From: a virus
Lineage: Duplodnaviria > Caudoviricetes
DNA length: 43,233 bases
Reading direction: 5' to 3' (one strand)
Virus record (IMG/VR): IMGVR_UViG_3300021379_001283
Coordinates: 1 to 43,233 of that record
Program-made: the position numbers and the translations under genes
The notes under the pieces: generated by a model
The model's database searches: none
Told to the model about the DNA's origin: nothing
Seen by the model: only the letters and a program-made list of their open reading frames with translations
Part shown: positions 17,028 to 26,010 of the stretch, one piece after another
How the letters are laid out: each line of letters starts with the position of its first letter
Position numbering within the stretch: position 1 is the stretch's first letter

Positions 17028-18683
17028 ATGGACAAAAAAATATACTGGCTGAATAGAAATTCTAGGCAATTTCTAAGTAGAGGATACCTGACCGAAGGTG
17101 AAACGGCGGAATCTAGAATTGAGGATATAGCCAAAACCGCTGAAAAAACACTGAAGTATGTAGGCTTTGCTGATAAGTTTATTGACTACATGCATAGAGG
17201 GTTTTATTCATTAAGCTCTCCAGTATGGAGCAACTTCGGGCGCGAGAGAGGATTGCCTATTTCTTGTTTTGGTTCTTATATCGAAGATACACTTGAGTCT
17301 ATCACTGGAGATAAACTAGCTGAAGTTTCAATGATGACAAAACATGGTGGAGGGACTTCTGGTTACTTTGGTTCTTTGCGCGGTCGAGGAGCATCAATTG
17401 GTCAGCAAGAGGGGACAAGCACAGGTTCCGTTCATTTTATGGAACTCTATGAAAAACTCATGGAGGTTGTTTCCCAAGGTAATGTAAGGCGTGGGAGCTT
17501 TGCTGCTTATCTTCCTATTGATCACGATGACATTGAGGAGTTTCTAAAAATCCGAGGCGATGGTCATGAGATTCAGAAAATGAGTATTGGAGTGTGTGTT
17601 CCAGACAATTTCATGGATGCCATGATTGAAGGAGACAAAGAGAACAGAAGAATCTGGGGTCTTGTTCTTAAAAAGAAATTTGAGAGTGGTTATCCTTATA
17701 TATTCTTTTCTGACAACGCAAACAAGCAAGCGCCAAAAGTATATAAAGACAAAGGCAAAACAATCCACGCATCAAATTTGTGTAGCGAAATAATGCTTTC
17801 TTCCGAGCCAGATGAAAGCTTTGTCTGTTGTTTGTCTAGTTTAAATTTGGAGAAATGGGACGAATTAGTTGAGACTGACGCTATAGAGACAATGGTTTAT
17901 TTTCTTGATGCTGTGATGTCTGAGTTTATAGACAAAACAGAAGGAGTAAAATACATGGAAGCTCCAAGAAATTTTGCAATGAGGCAAAGAGCTTTAGGAA
18001 TGGGTGCACTTGGCTGGCACTCTTATCTGCAATCTAAAATGATTCCATTCGAATCTATGGAATCTAAAATGGCAAATGCATCTATTTGGCAAACAATCAG
18101 AGAGAGAGCAGATAATGCAACAGCAGAACTAGCTGGTGATTTTGGAGAGCCAGAACTACTCAAAGGTTATGGGCGCAGGAATGTAACTACTCTAGCCATT
18201 GCCCCGACTACTTCTAGTTCATTTATTTTGGGACAAGTATCTCCTAGTATCGAACCCCTCAAGTCAAATTACTTTGTAAAGGATTTGGCAAAGGGTAAAT
18301 TCACATACAAAAACCCATACCTTAGAAAACTCCTTAAGAAAAAGAAAAAAAACACAGAAGAAACTTGGAGGTCTATTCTTGTTCATGGCGGATCTGTCCA
18401 ACATTTAGATTTTCTAGATCAAGAAGAGAAAGATGTGTTCAAGACATTTGGCGAGATTTCTCAGAAAGAGGTTGTCATACAAGCTGCCCAACGCCAAAAG
18501 CACATAGATCAAGGGCAATCCCTTAACATAGTAATTCCTCCAAGCACACCACCAAGAGAGGTGAATCAGCTTATGATCTTCGCTTGGGAGCAAGGAATCA
18601 AGTCTTTATATTACCAAAGGGGCGCAAACCCAGCCCAAGAATTGTCAAGATCTATTAATCAATGCTCTTCTTGTGAAGGTTAA
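17028..18683 (+). CDS. nrdA: Ribonucleotide reductase class I alpha subunit, short form without ATP cone
   Basis: PISC, GGGTS, ASNLCSEI, CCLSS, APTTSSS, SLYY and a C-terminal CSSCEG. Confidence 0.95.
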   Translation: MDKKIYWLNRNSRQFLSRGYLTEGETAESRIEDIAKTAEKTLKYVGFADKFIDYMHRGFYSLSSPVWSNFGRERGLPISCFGSYIEDTLESITGDKLAEVSMMTKHGGGTSGYFGSLRGRGASIGQQEGTSTGSVHFMELYEKLMEVVSQGNVRRGSFAAYLPIDHDDIEEFLKIRGDGHEIQKMSIGVCVPDNFMDAMIEGDKENRRIWGLVLKKKFESGYPYIFFSDNANKQAPKVYKDKGKTIHASNLCSEIMLSSEPDESFVCCLSSLNLEKWDELVETDAIETMVYFLDAVMSEFIDKTEGVKYMEAPRNFAMRQRALGMGALGWHSYLQSKMIPFESMESKMANASIWQTIRERADNATAELAGDFGEPELLKGYGRRNVTTLAIAPTTSSSFILGQVSPSIEPLKSNYFVKDLAKGKFTYKNPYLRKLLKKKKKNTEETWRSILVHGGSVQHLDFLDQEEKDVFKTFGEISQKEVVIQAAQRQKHIDQGQSLNIVIPPSTPPREVNQLMIFAWEQGIKSLYYQRGANPAQELSRSINQCSSCEG

Positions 18684-18723
18684 TATTTCATTTTTTTAAA
18701 ATTCTAGTGTATTAAATTTCATA

Positions 18724-19596
18724 ATGGAAGTTGATTTTTCTAAGCAAATTAAAGAACTGAAGCAGGATTTTCGCAAACATTGCATGGATTCCTCTGAGGC
18801 TTCTGAAATTGTCTCTTTGATTATTGCTCAAAAAACAGAAAAACACAACGAAACCCACGAAAACAAAGTATCTGAGGATCAACTTAAGAAAGTTTATTTC
18901 AGGGGTTCTAAATCTTACGATCTATCCTTCAGGATGGGCAAAACCAGAAGTCAATGGGCAATGGCTAGGGTCAACCTTTTCCTTAAAATGAATCGAGGCG
19001 AAGATGTAGAAGAGCCTTACCTTATTGCAGACAAAGATATTTTGGTTGATAATGAACAGGCTGACGCTTCTCTTGATACTTATTGTTTTGATAACTTTTC
19101 TGACATTGATTTGAACCTTGCTTCTCTTGATTTAATTAAAGCTGGTATTGAAAAGTGGGATCAAGATTTTGACTGTGAAGATATTTTATATTCAGAAGCA
19201 GAAAAAAAAACTCTAAATAAACCGTTCCGCCTTAAAGACGGAAAAAAGAAGTTTGGCGTGTATGTCAAAAATCCAAAAACAGGCAATGTTGTGCTTGTAA
19301 AATTTGGTGACCCAAACATGGAAATCAAAAGAGACGATCCTGATCGCCGACGTAGCTTTAGAGCTAGACACAAGTGTGATACAGCTAAAGACAAAACAAC
19401 ACCCCGATATTGGTCTTGTAAAATGTGGAGCAAAAAGCCAGTTAATAAATCTGTTTCCTCTGAAGCTGTTGAGTGGGATGAGGAAGAGTTAGTAAGTGAG
19501 TGGGGATGGAATGAAGATGGTTTCCTAGATCAAGATTATTTTGAAGATTACGATCACTTGAAAGATTGTAAAATAGTTGAAGAAAACGGTATATAA
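18724..19596 (+). CDS. Hypothetical virus protein with two conserved viral domains (tentatively DUF5824-like and DUF6321-like)
   Basis: LKKVYFRG...QWAMARVNLF and VKFGDPNMEIKRDDPDRRRSFRARHKC...PRYWSC recur in large aquatic viruses. The DUF names are from memory and need checking. Confidence 0.55.
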   Translation: MEVDFSKQIKELKQDFRKHCMDSSEASEIVSLIIAQKTEKHNETHENKVSEDQLKKVYFRGSKSYDLSFRMGKTRSQWAMARVNLFLKMNRGEDVEEPYLIADKDILVDNEQADASLDTYCFDNFSDIDLNLASLDLIKAGIEKWDQDFDCEDILYSEAEKKTLNKPFRLKDGKKKFGVYVKNPKTGNVVLVKFGDPNMEIKRDDPDRRRSFRARHKCDTAKDKTTPRYWSCKMWSKKPVNKSVSSEAVEWDEEELVSEWGWNEDGFLDQDYFEDYDHLKDCKIVEENGI

Positions 19597-19609
19597 TGTA
19601 TTATACTAC

Positions 19610-20329
19610 ATGCATCCCGTTCCTCGCGTATCTGTAATAACGTCGGTCTATAATTGCTCTGAGTTTTTATTTGATTTCTTTTTGGATTTAAGAAAACAGA
19701 GTATTTTCCCTGAATGCGAAGTCCTTATTCTGGATGCCAACAAAGAGGAAGATAGTGATGATTATAAAATCATTTCTCAGTTTTTGGACATCCCTAATAT
19801 AAAATATCATTATATAGGAGATTGCTCTGTATACAAAGCTTGGAATATTGGCATAAAGCTATCTGAAGCGCCTATAATAACAAATTGGAATACTGATGAT
19901 AGACGAAAATGGAACTCCCTAGAAACTCAAGTCAGTTTTCTAGAAGAAAACAAAGATGTAGATCTTTGTTATGGGGTATTAAAAATAAGCAATACAAAAA
20001 ACGAGGATTTCGAGAATTGCAAAACAAATAGATATTGGGCTACATTTGAAGGCAGTTTAGAAAACCAACTTCGCCACAATTCTCCACATTGCTTGCCTGT
20101 TTGGAGAAAGGATGTTCATGATAAATATGGTTTTTTTGATGAATCTTATTTTTGCGCTGCCGATTACGATATGTGGTTTAGAATATTAAAAGGTGGAGGC
20201 AAACTAGAAAAGATAGACGAAGAACTAGGTGTTTATTACGAAAACCCTGGGTCTATTTCAAGAAACAGGACTACGTATGAAAAAGCTATAGAGGAAGTAA
20301 TGAAAGTTAAGGAGATTTACGGGTCATGA
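19610..20329 (+). CDS. Glycosyltransferase family 2
   Basis: VSVITSVYN, WNIGI, WNTDD, FFDESY...DYDMW. The start is moved to the ATG at 19610, which follows an ATGTATTATA motif. Confidence 0.85.
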   Translation: MHPVPRVSVITSVYNCSEFLFDFFLDLRKQSIFPECEVLILDANKEEDSDDYKIISQFLDIPNIKYHYIGDCSVYKAWNIGIKLSEAPIITNWNTDDRRKWNSLETQVSFLEENKDVDLCYGVLKISNTKNEDFENCKTNRYWATFEGSLENQLRHNSPHCLPVWRKDVHDKYGFFDESYFCAADYDMWFRILKGGGKLEKIDEELGVYYENPGSISRNRTTYEKAIEEVMKVKEIYGS

Positions 20330-20991
20330 AATTAATATCTTTTAGCTTGTGGGGTAATAACCCTAAGTATTGCATTGGTGCTGTCAAAAACGCAGAATCT
20401 TCGAAAGATTTTTATCCAGAATGGAGTTGTGTTTTTTATATAGCTAAAGATGTCCCAAATATATATAAAGAAAAACTGCTTGAGGCAGGATCTAAAGTAA
20501 TAGAATGTGACGAAAACTCTAATTTTTCTTTTAATGTTAATAGATTTTTAGCTATGGATATAGATAATGTCACTAGGGTAATTTTTAGAGATACTGATTC
20601 GCGCTTTTGTCAAAGAGAGGTTGATGCTGTTAACGAGTGGATAGACCAAGACACTGTTTTACACATTATGAAAGATCACCCATATCACGGTAATTTTCCA
20701 ATACTAGCTGGCATGTTTGGTCTTAATAAATCTAAATTTCCATATTCCATGAAAGAGTCTATTGATTTTTTCAAAAAACAAACAAATGGGCTTCTTGATA
20801 ATCAATATTACTTTGATCAGATTTTCTTAAGAGATTTTGTATGGAATAATTTTAAAAATGACTGTACTATACACGATGAATTTTTTCATTTTAGACCTTT
20901 TCCAAGTCCAAGGGTTGATAGGAGATTTGTCGGAGAATCTTTTGAAGAAGATGACAGTAGAAATGAAGAGCATTTAAAATTCATAAGATAA
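20326..20991 (+). CDS. Putative GT-A fold glycosyltransferase-like protein
   Basis: ISFSLWG..KY, FRDTDSR (DxD), ILAGMFG, DQIFL; located in the glycan cluster. Confidence 0.55.
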   Translation: MKLISFSLWGNNPKYCIGAVKNAESSKDFYPEWSCVFYIAKDVPNIYKEKLLEAGSKVIECDENSNFSFNVNRFLAMDIDNVTRVIFRDTDSRFCQREVDAVNEWIDQDTVLHIMKDHPYHGNFPILAGMFGLNKSKFPYSMKESIDFFKKQTNGLLDNQYYFDQIFLRDFVWNNFKNDCTIHDEFFHFRPFPSPRVDRRFVGESFEEDDSRNEEHLKFIR

Positions 20992-20992
20992 A

Positions 20993-21679
20993 ATGAAAAC
21001 TGTTGTATTAAGCACTAATGATAATATAAATTATTTAGAGTATTTACCCTATGTTCAAAAAGCTTGGAATAAACTAGGCTGGAATACCGCGACCTTCTAT
21101 TTGGGCAAACAAAATATAGAGTCGGACCCTAAAAATAAAATAATAAAAATTGAAAAACCAAAAGGCTTTAAAGAAGCTACAATAGTTCAGGTCTATAGAC
21201 TATTAGCTCATAATTTTATAGATGGTTTTATCATGACGTCAGATGTAGACATGATGCCATTAAGCAATTATTGGAAGCCTAATTTAGAAAAATTCACATG
21301 TTATGGCAAAGATTTAACAAACAACGTCCACTATCCTATTTGTTATATTTCTGCCCCAGATTATTTATGGAAGAAACTAATACCAGAAAAATCCATCGAA
21401 GAACTTTTAGAAAAATTTCCACAATGTAAATCTGACGATTTTAATAAATGGTGGTTCACAGACCAAGACATAGTTACAGAAAGGCTTTCTGGTTTTCAGT
21501 TGGATAACATACCAAGGGGTATTGAAAATGGTTTAGCATTAGGTAGAATAGATAGATGTCAATGGCTTTTAACTAAGCATATATCTAAAACAAAGAAAAT
21601 AGACGCTCATTTACCAAGACCCTTCAATAAAAAAGAAGCTCAGGATTTGTTAGATAATTATTTAGATATTAATGAATAA
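20993..21679 (+). CDS. Putative GT-A fold glycosyltransferase-like protein
   Basis: MTSDVDMMP (DxD), YPICY, WFTDQ, RIDR, IDAHLPRP; located in the glycan cluster. Confidence 0.5.
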   Translation: MKTVVLSTNDNINYLEYLPYVQKAWNKLGWNTATFYLGKQNIESDPKNKIIKIEKPKGFKEATIVQVYRLLAHNFIDGFIMTSDVDMMPLSNYWKPNLEKFTCYGKDLTNNVHYPICYISAPDYLWKKLIPEKSIEELLEKFPQCKSDDFNKWWFTDQDIVTERLSGFQLDNIPRGIENGLALGRIDRCQWLLTKHISKTKKIDAHLPRPFNKKEAQDLLDNYLDINE

Positions 21680-22454
21680 AAAAAAAAAAAAAATAGATTT
21701 CATAGACGGTAATAAATTTAAACAAATGGCCGATTTATGTTTCGACGAACAAAACAAAACCTTTTCTAGAGAAAAGGTAAAAGAGGCGGAAGTTATTTTC
21801 GTTAAAGGAGATTTGGTTGATGTATTTAAACAAAAAATTCTTCCTTATATAAAAAAGGATTTTAAATTAATAACACACAACGCTGACACTCCGAATCCTT
21901 TACCTCATAAAGACCTACTAAACGACAAAAGGTTGATAAGATGGTATGGTATGAATGCTAATTTAAAACATGATAAGTTTACACCAATACCTATTGGCAT
22001 TGCGAATGATAGATGGGATCATGGTAATAAAGATCTTTTATATTCGATAAAAAAAAAGAAAAACAAAAAGGATAAATTGGTATACTGTAATTTTGATTTT
22101 AACACCAACCCGTATAGATATAAAATTTATGAACAAATAAAAAACAAAACATTTATAGACTTTGATTTTACAAAAAGAACACAAGAAGAGTATTGGGAGA
22201 TATTAAGCCAATATAAATTTGTAATATCTCCCCCAGGCAACAGTGTTGATTGTCATAGAGTTTGGGAGGCAATATATTTGGATGTCGTACCCATTATAGA
22301 AAAAAACCTAGCAATGGAATCATTTTATAGTTTCCCAATTTTAACTATTGACAAATGGTCAGATTTAGATATACTTAATTTAAACGAAGACTTATACAAA
22401 TCAAAAATAAAGAATTTTGATTCATCACAATTAAGAACCAAATCTTTTTTTTAA
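21672..22454 (+). CDS. Exostosin-like (GT47-like) glycosyltransferase
   Basis: LITHNAD, PIPIG, YKFVISPPGNSVDCHRVWEAIYLDVVPII. Confidence 0.75.
   Translation: MNKKKKKIDFIDGNKFKQMADLCFDEQNKTFSREKVKEAEVIFVKGDLVDVFKQKILPYIKKDFKLITHNADTPNPLPHKDLLNDKRLIRWYGMNANLKHDKFTPIPIGIANDRWDHGNKDLLYSIKKKKNKKDKLVYCNFDFNTNPYRYKIYEQIKNKTFIDFDFTKRTQEEYWEILSQYKFVISPPGNSVDCHRVWEAIYLDVVPIIEKNLAMESFYSFPILTIDKWSDLDILNLNEDLYKSKIKNFDSSQLRTKSFF
21678..21693 (+). repeat. A16 homopolymer in codons 3-8 of the GT47-like gene
   Basis: ATGAAT-A16-TAGATTTC read directly; the longest homopolymer I saw in the window. Confidence 0.85.
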
Positions 22455-22455
22455 A

Positions 22456-23175
22456 ATGAAAATAAAAGAAATAACAATAGCCCTGTTGTGCGGTCATGAC
22501 AAAGATAGGGTTTTTTCCCAAAAAAAAGATTTAATAAAATTAGAAGATGAATTTGTTGTTAAATGGAATAATAGAATAGATAGACATCCATTGGCATATG
22601 ACAGCTATTCAAAACTTATAAACACAACAATAGAAACTTCAGAAACAGAAGTATTAATAACCATTAATGATAGAGCAGTTCCAACGGTTAATGAAGTAAA
22701 AAAAATTATATCCCATTTAGAGTCTGGATTCGCTTGTTCTTTTATGTATGGGATGGGATTTATGGGTTTTACAAAATCTCTAATAAAAAAAATAGGCTGG
22801 ATGGATGAGAGATTTTTAAATGGCGGTTGGGAGGACGTTGACTTTATTTATAGACTAAAGTTAAATAATTTAGCCTTATATGAAAGCAGGGAGTCTAATT
22901 ATGATTTTAAAATACCACCTTCTCCACTTCAAATATTTGATTCTTGTGAAAAATCCCAAGCTCATTTTAATAAAAAATACAAGGAATACAACGATGTTAT
23001 TTTAAAAGAAATTGAAGAAGAATCTTATAATTACAAATTACCAAAAGATTGTGTGGATTTTGGTTGGAAACCTTGGGATGAATCCATTCTTGGTGTTTGC
23101 CATCATTATTGCGAGCCTTTTTCAAATAGGCTTTCTGGTAAAAAAATAATAGAAAAATATAATGAAGAATTGTAA
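22456..23175 (+). CDS. Glycosyltransferase, GT2/GT7-like
   Basis: GWMDERFLNGGWEDVDF motif. Confidence 0.65.
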   Translation: MKIKEITIALLCGHDKDRVFSQKKDLIKLEDEFVVKWNNRIDRHPLAYDSYSKLINTTIETSETEVLITINDRAVPTVNEVKKIISHLESGFACSFMYGMGFMGFTKSLIKKIGWMDERFLNGGWEDVDFIYRLKLNNLALYESRESNYDFKIPPSPLQIFDSCEKSQAHFNKKYKEYNDVILKEIEEESYNYKLPKDCVDFGWKPWDESILGVCHHYCEPFSNRLSGKKIIEKYNEEL

Positions 23176-24094
23176 ATTATTTATAACTGGTGGAGCTGGA
23201 TATCTTGGTAGAAACATTATCTCGAGGTATTATAAAGATAATGAAATAACAGTTTTTAGTAGAGATGAGGCAAAACATTACTATTTACAAAAGAATTTTC
23301 CAAATATAAAGTGCATAATTGGAGATATCAGAAATTTAGATCTACTCGTTAAATCTTCTAAAAACAATGATGTTGGTATTTTTGCTGCTAGTTTAAAACA
23401 GATAGAAGCTGTTGACTCAAACTACCAAGAGGCAAATGAAATTATTATAAAAGGTGGGATCAATAGCAGAATAGCCGCAGAAGAAAATTTATCTTCGGCG
23501 TGTTTTATTTCTACCGACAAGTCAAGAGCTGCCACAACATTATACGGAGCTATGAAATTTGTAGCTGGAGAATCATTCATTGTTAATGCTGAAGAGTCTA
23601 AAGTAAAACTTTCAACAGCTATATATGGCAACGTAATCAATTCAACTGGTAGCATCATCCCTTTAATTTGGGACTCAATTATAAACAACTACGAATTAAC
23701 TCTGTATTCAGAAGAAATGACAAGGTTTATAATTCATCCTAATGATGCTGTTAATTTGGTTGAGTTCTCCTTAAAAAAAACTGGCTACAACGTCATTCCA
23801 AAAGCAAGAAGTATACTTATTAAAGATTTATTTGAAATTTTTTCAGAAAAATTCAAACTTAAATACAAAATTGGGGAGCCTAGAATTTCAGAAAAAATAC
23901 ATGAAATAATGATATCAAGAGAGGAATCTCCAAGAGTCATTTCCGACGGAGATTACTACCTGATGCATTACAAAAAAGTTTCGAAAAACAATCTTTTTAA
24001 AAAAGGAGATTATTCAAGCAAGAATTGCGTAATTTCTAAATGTGAGTTGAAACAAATACTAAAAGACAATAACTACTACAACCCTTATGAGTAA
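23162..24094 (+). CDS. UDP-GlcNAc 4,6-dehydratase (PseB/FlaA1/CapD-like)
   Basis: ITGGAGYLG, FSRDEAK, GDIRN, ISTDK, YGAMK, YGNVINSTGS, MTRF, EKIHE. Confidence 0.85.
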   Translation: MKNCKLFITGGAGYLGRNIISRYYKDNEITVFSRDEAKHYYLQKNFPNIKCIIGDIRNLDLLVKSSKNNDVGIFAASLKQIEAVDSNYQEANEIIIKGGINSRIAAEENLSSACFISTDKSRAATTLYGAMKFVAGESFIVNAEESKVKLSTAIYGNVINSTGSIIPLIWDSIINNYELTLYSEEMTRFIIHPNDAVNLVEFSLKKTGYNVIPKARSILIKDLFEIFSEKFKLKYKIGEPRISEKIHEIMISREESPRVISDGDYYLMHYKKVSKNNLFKKGDYSSKNCVISKCELKQILKDNNYYNPYE

Positions 24095-25283
24095 AGAATA
24101 TACTAATTATAATAAATCTAGAATATCGAATAAAGAATCTAAAGTTTTTTTTGAGGTAAAAATGCCTCTTGCTGGAGGGTTTTTAAAAAAAGAAGATATT
24201 AACAATGATAAAACGTTTCCTTTAACTCTTTCGTTTTGCGAAGAGAGTTGTTGCGTACAAGTAAACGAATCTATTAACCCAGAACTTTTATTTAAAAACT
24301 ACTTTTACAAGACAGGAGCAATAAAAACTTTAAGTTACCACTTGAAGTCTAGCGCTAAAAAAATAAAATCAACCTATAAACACAATAAAGTTCTAGATCT
24401 TGGTTGTAACGACTTTACTTTTTTAAAGAACTTTGCTGGAGAATCTGATTTGATTGTTGGTGTAGATCCCAGCGACGTTTCAAGAGAAAACAAAACAGAT
24501 GGCATATTCTTAGAAAACGATTTTTTTTCTTATAGGAAATCCGAAGAACTTAAAAAAAAACATGGTAGTTTCGATGTAATTTTTAGTAGTAATAATTTTG
24601 CTCACATAGAAAACATACAAGACTACACCAAAGGTATATCTAACATGCTTTCTGAAGACGGTGTTTTTGTTTTAGAGGTTCATTGGTTAGGTACTATTAT
24701 TCAACAAATGCAATTCTCCTTTATTTATCATGAACATTTATACTACTATACATTAAAATCTCTTAAATATCTTTTGTCTAAATATAATTTATATGTTAAT
24801 GATATCGATGAGATAGGTATTCATGGTGGATCAATAAGAATTTTTGCCTCAAAAACTAAAAAGGAAAGCAAATCCGTTAAAGATTTCACTTCAAAAGAGA
24901 AAACCGCAGGTCTTTATGACTTTTCTACTTATGAAAAATTTGCAAATGATATAAATAAATTAAGAATTGAAAACAAAAATCTTTTAAGTCATTGCAAAAG
25001 AAATAATAAAACCATTATTGGATATGGCGCGTCAGGTCAAGCTAACACTATAATGAGTATCTTTGATATAAACAAAGATGATCTACTTTATATAGTAGAT
25101 GACTCCCCATTAAAACACGGTCTTTTTACCCCAAGAAACCACATACAAATAAAAAGCAGATACAATATTATTAATGATAAGCCTAGCTACATATACGTCT
25201 TAGCTTATACATTTTTTGATGAAATCAAAAATAAAAACGATAACATAGAATCGACATGGATAAAACCAATATTAAAGTGTTAG
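24087..25283 (+). CDS. NDP-hexose C-methyltransferase (C3-methyltransferase family)
   Basis: DLGCND, GVDPS, NNFAH, IYHEHLYY, IHGGSIR, GYGASGQ, VDDSPLK. Confidence 0.85.
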   Translation: MSKEYTNYNKSRISNKESKVFFEVKMPLAGGFLKKEDINNDKTFPLTLSFCEESCCVQVNESINPELLFKNYFYKTGAIKTLSYHLKSSAKKIKSTYKHNKVLDLGCNDFTFLKNFAGESDLIVGVDPSDVSRENKTDGIFLENDFFSYRKSEELKKKHGSFDVIFSSNNFAHIENIQDYTKGISNMLSEDGVFVLEVHWLGTIIQQMQFSFIYHEHLYYYTLKSLKYLLSKYNLYVNDIDEIGIHGGSIRIFASKTKKESKSVKDFTSKEKTAGLYDFSTYEKFANDINKLRIENKNLLSHCKRNNKTIIGYGASGQANTIMSIFDINKDDLLYIVDDSPLKHGLFTPRNHIQIKSRYNIINDKPSYIYVLAYTFFDEIKNKNDNIESTWIKPILKC

Positions 25284-26005
25284 TTTTGGGTCATAATGGT
25301 ATGCTCGGTCATGTTGTTCACCATTTCTTAAAAGAAAAAAACCTCAACATACAAACCATCAACCATAGATTCCCTTCTGTGGAATTTATTGAAGAGGTCT
25401 CAAAATCTAATGCAAACTTTTTAATAAACTGTATAGGTAGCATACCGCAGAAAGGGGAAAGCGGCCCAAACTTTATAATTAACAATTTCTTACTTCCAGT
25501 TTTTTTATCAAATTATTTTAATGGTAGAATTATACACCCATCCTCTGATTGCGAAGATATAAAAGCCAAAGATTTATATGCAGAAAGCAAAGTTAAAGCT
25601 TTCGAATATTTAAAAAACAAAGATAAAGTGAACATAATAAAATGTTCAATCATCGGTCCAGAGTTAAGTTCTAAAAAATCTTTATGGGAATGGTTCGCTA
25701 ACAATAAAGAAAAATCTTTACCAGGATACACTAATCACTTTTGGAATGGGATAACAACGCTTGAATGGTCAAAAATAGCTTTCAAAATAATCAAAGGTGA
25801 AATAACCAAAAAGACATTAACAGTTGGCACCGAAAAATTATCAAAATTCAATCTTTTAAAAATACTTAACAATCAGCTTCATCTAAACAAAAAAATATTA
25901 CCAAAGCCATTAAAAACCGCTATTGACAGATCTGTTTATAGCGATTTAACTGTTGATGATATAGAAAAACAAATAAAAGATCTTATTATATGGTATAATA
26001 AATAA
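25256..26005 (+). CDS. NDP-4-keto-6-deoxyhexose reductase (RmlD-like SDR)
   Basis: VLGHNGMLG, SSDC, YAESK (YxxxK), SIIGPE, WNGITT. Confidence 0.8.
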   Translation: MDKTNIKVLVLGHNGMLGHVVHHFLKEKNLNIQTINHRFPSVEFIEEVSKSNANFLINCIGSIPQKGESGPNFIINNFLLPVFLSNYFNGRIIHPSSDCEDIKAKDLYAESKVKAFEYLKNKDKVNIIKCSIIGPELSSKKSLWEWFANNKEKSLPGYTNHFWNGITTLEWSKIAFKIIKGEITKKTLTVGTEKLSKFNLLKILNNQLHLNKKILPKPLKTAIDRSVYSDLTVDDIEKQIKDLIIWYNK

Positions 26006-26010
26006 AACAA

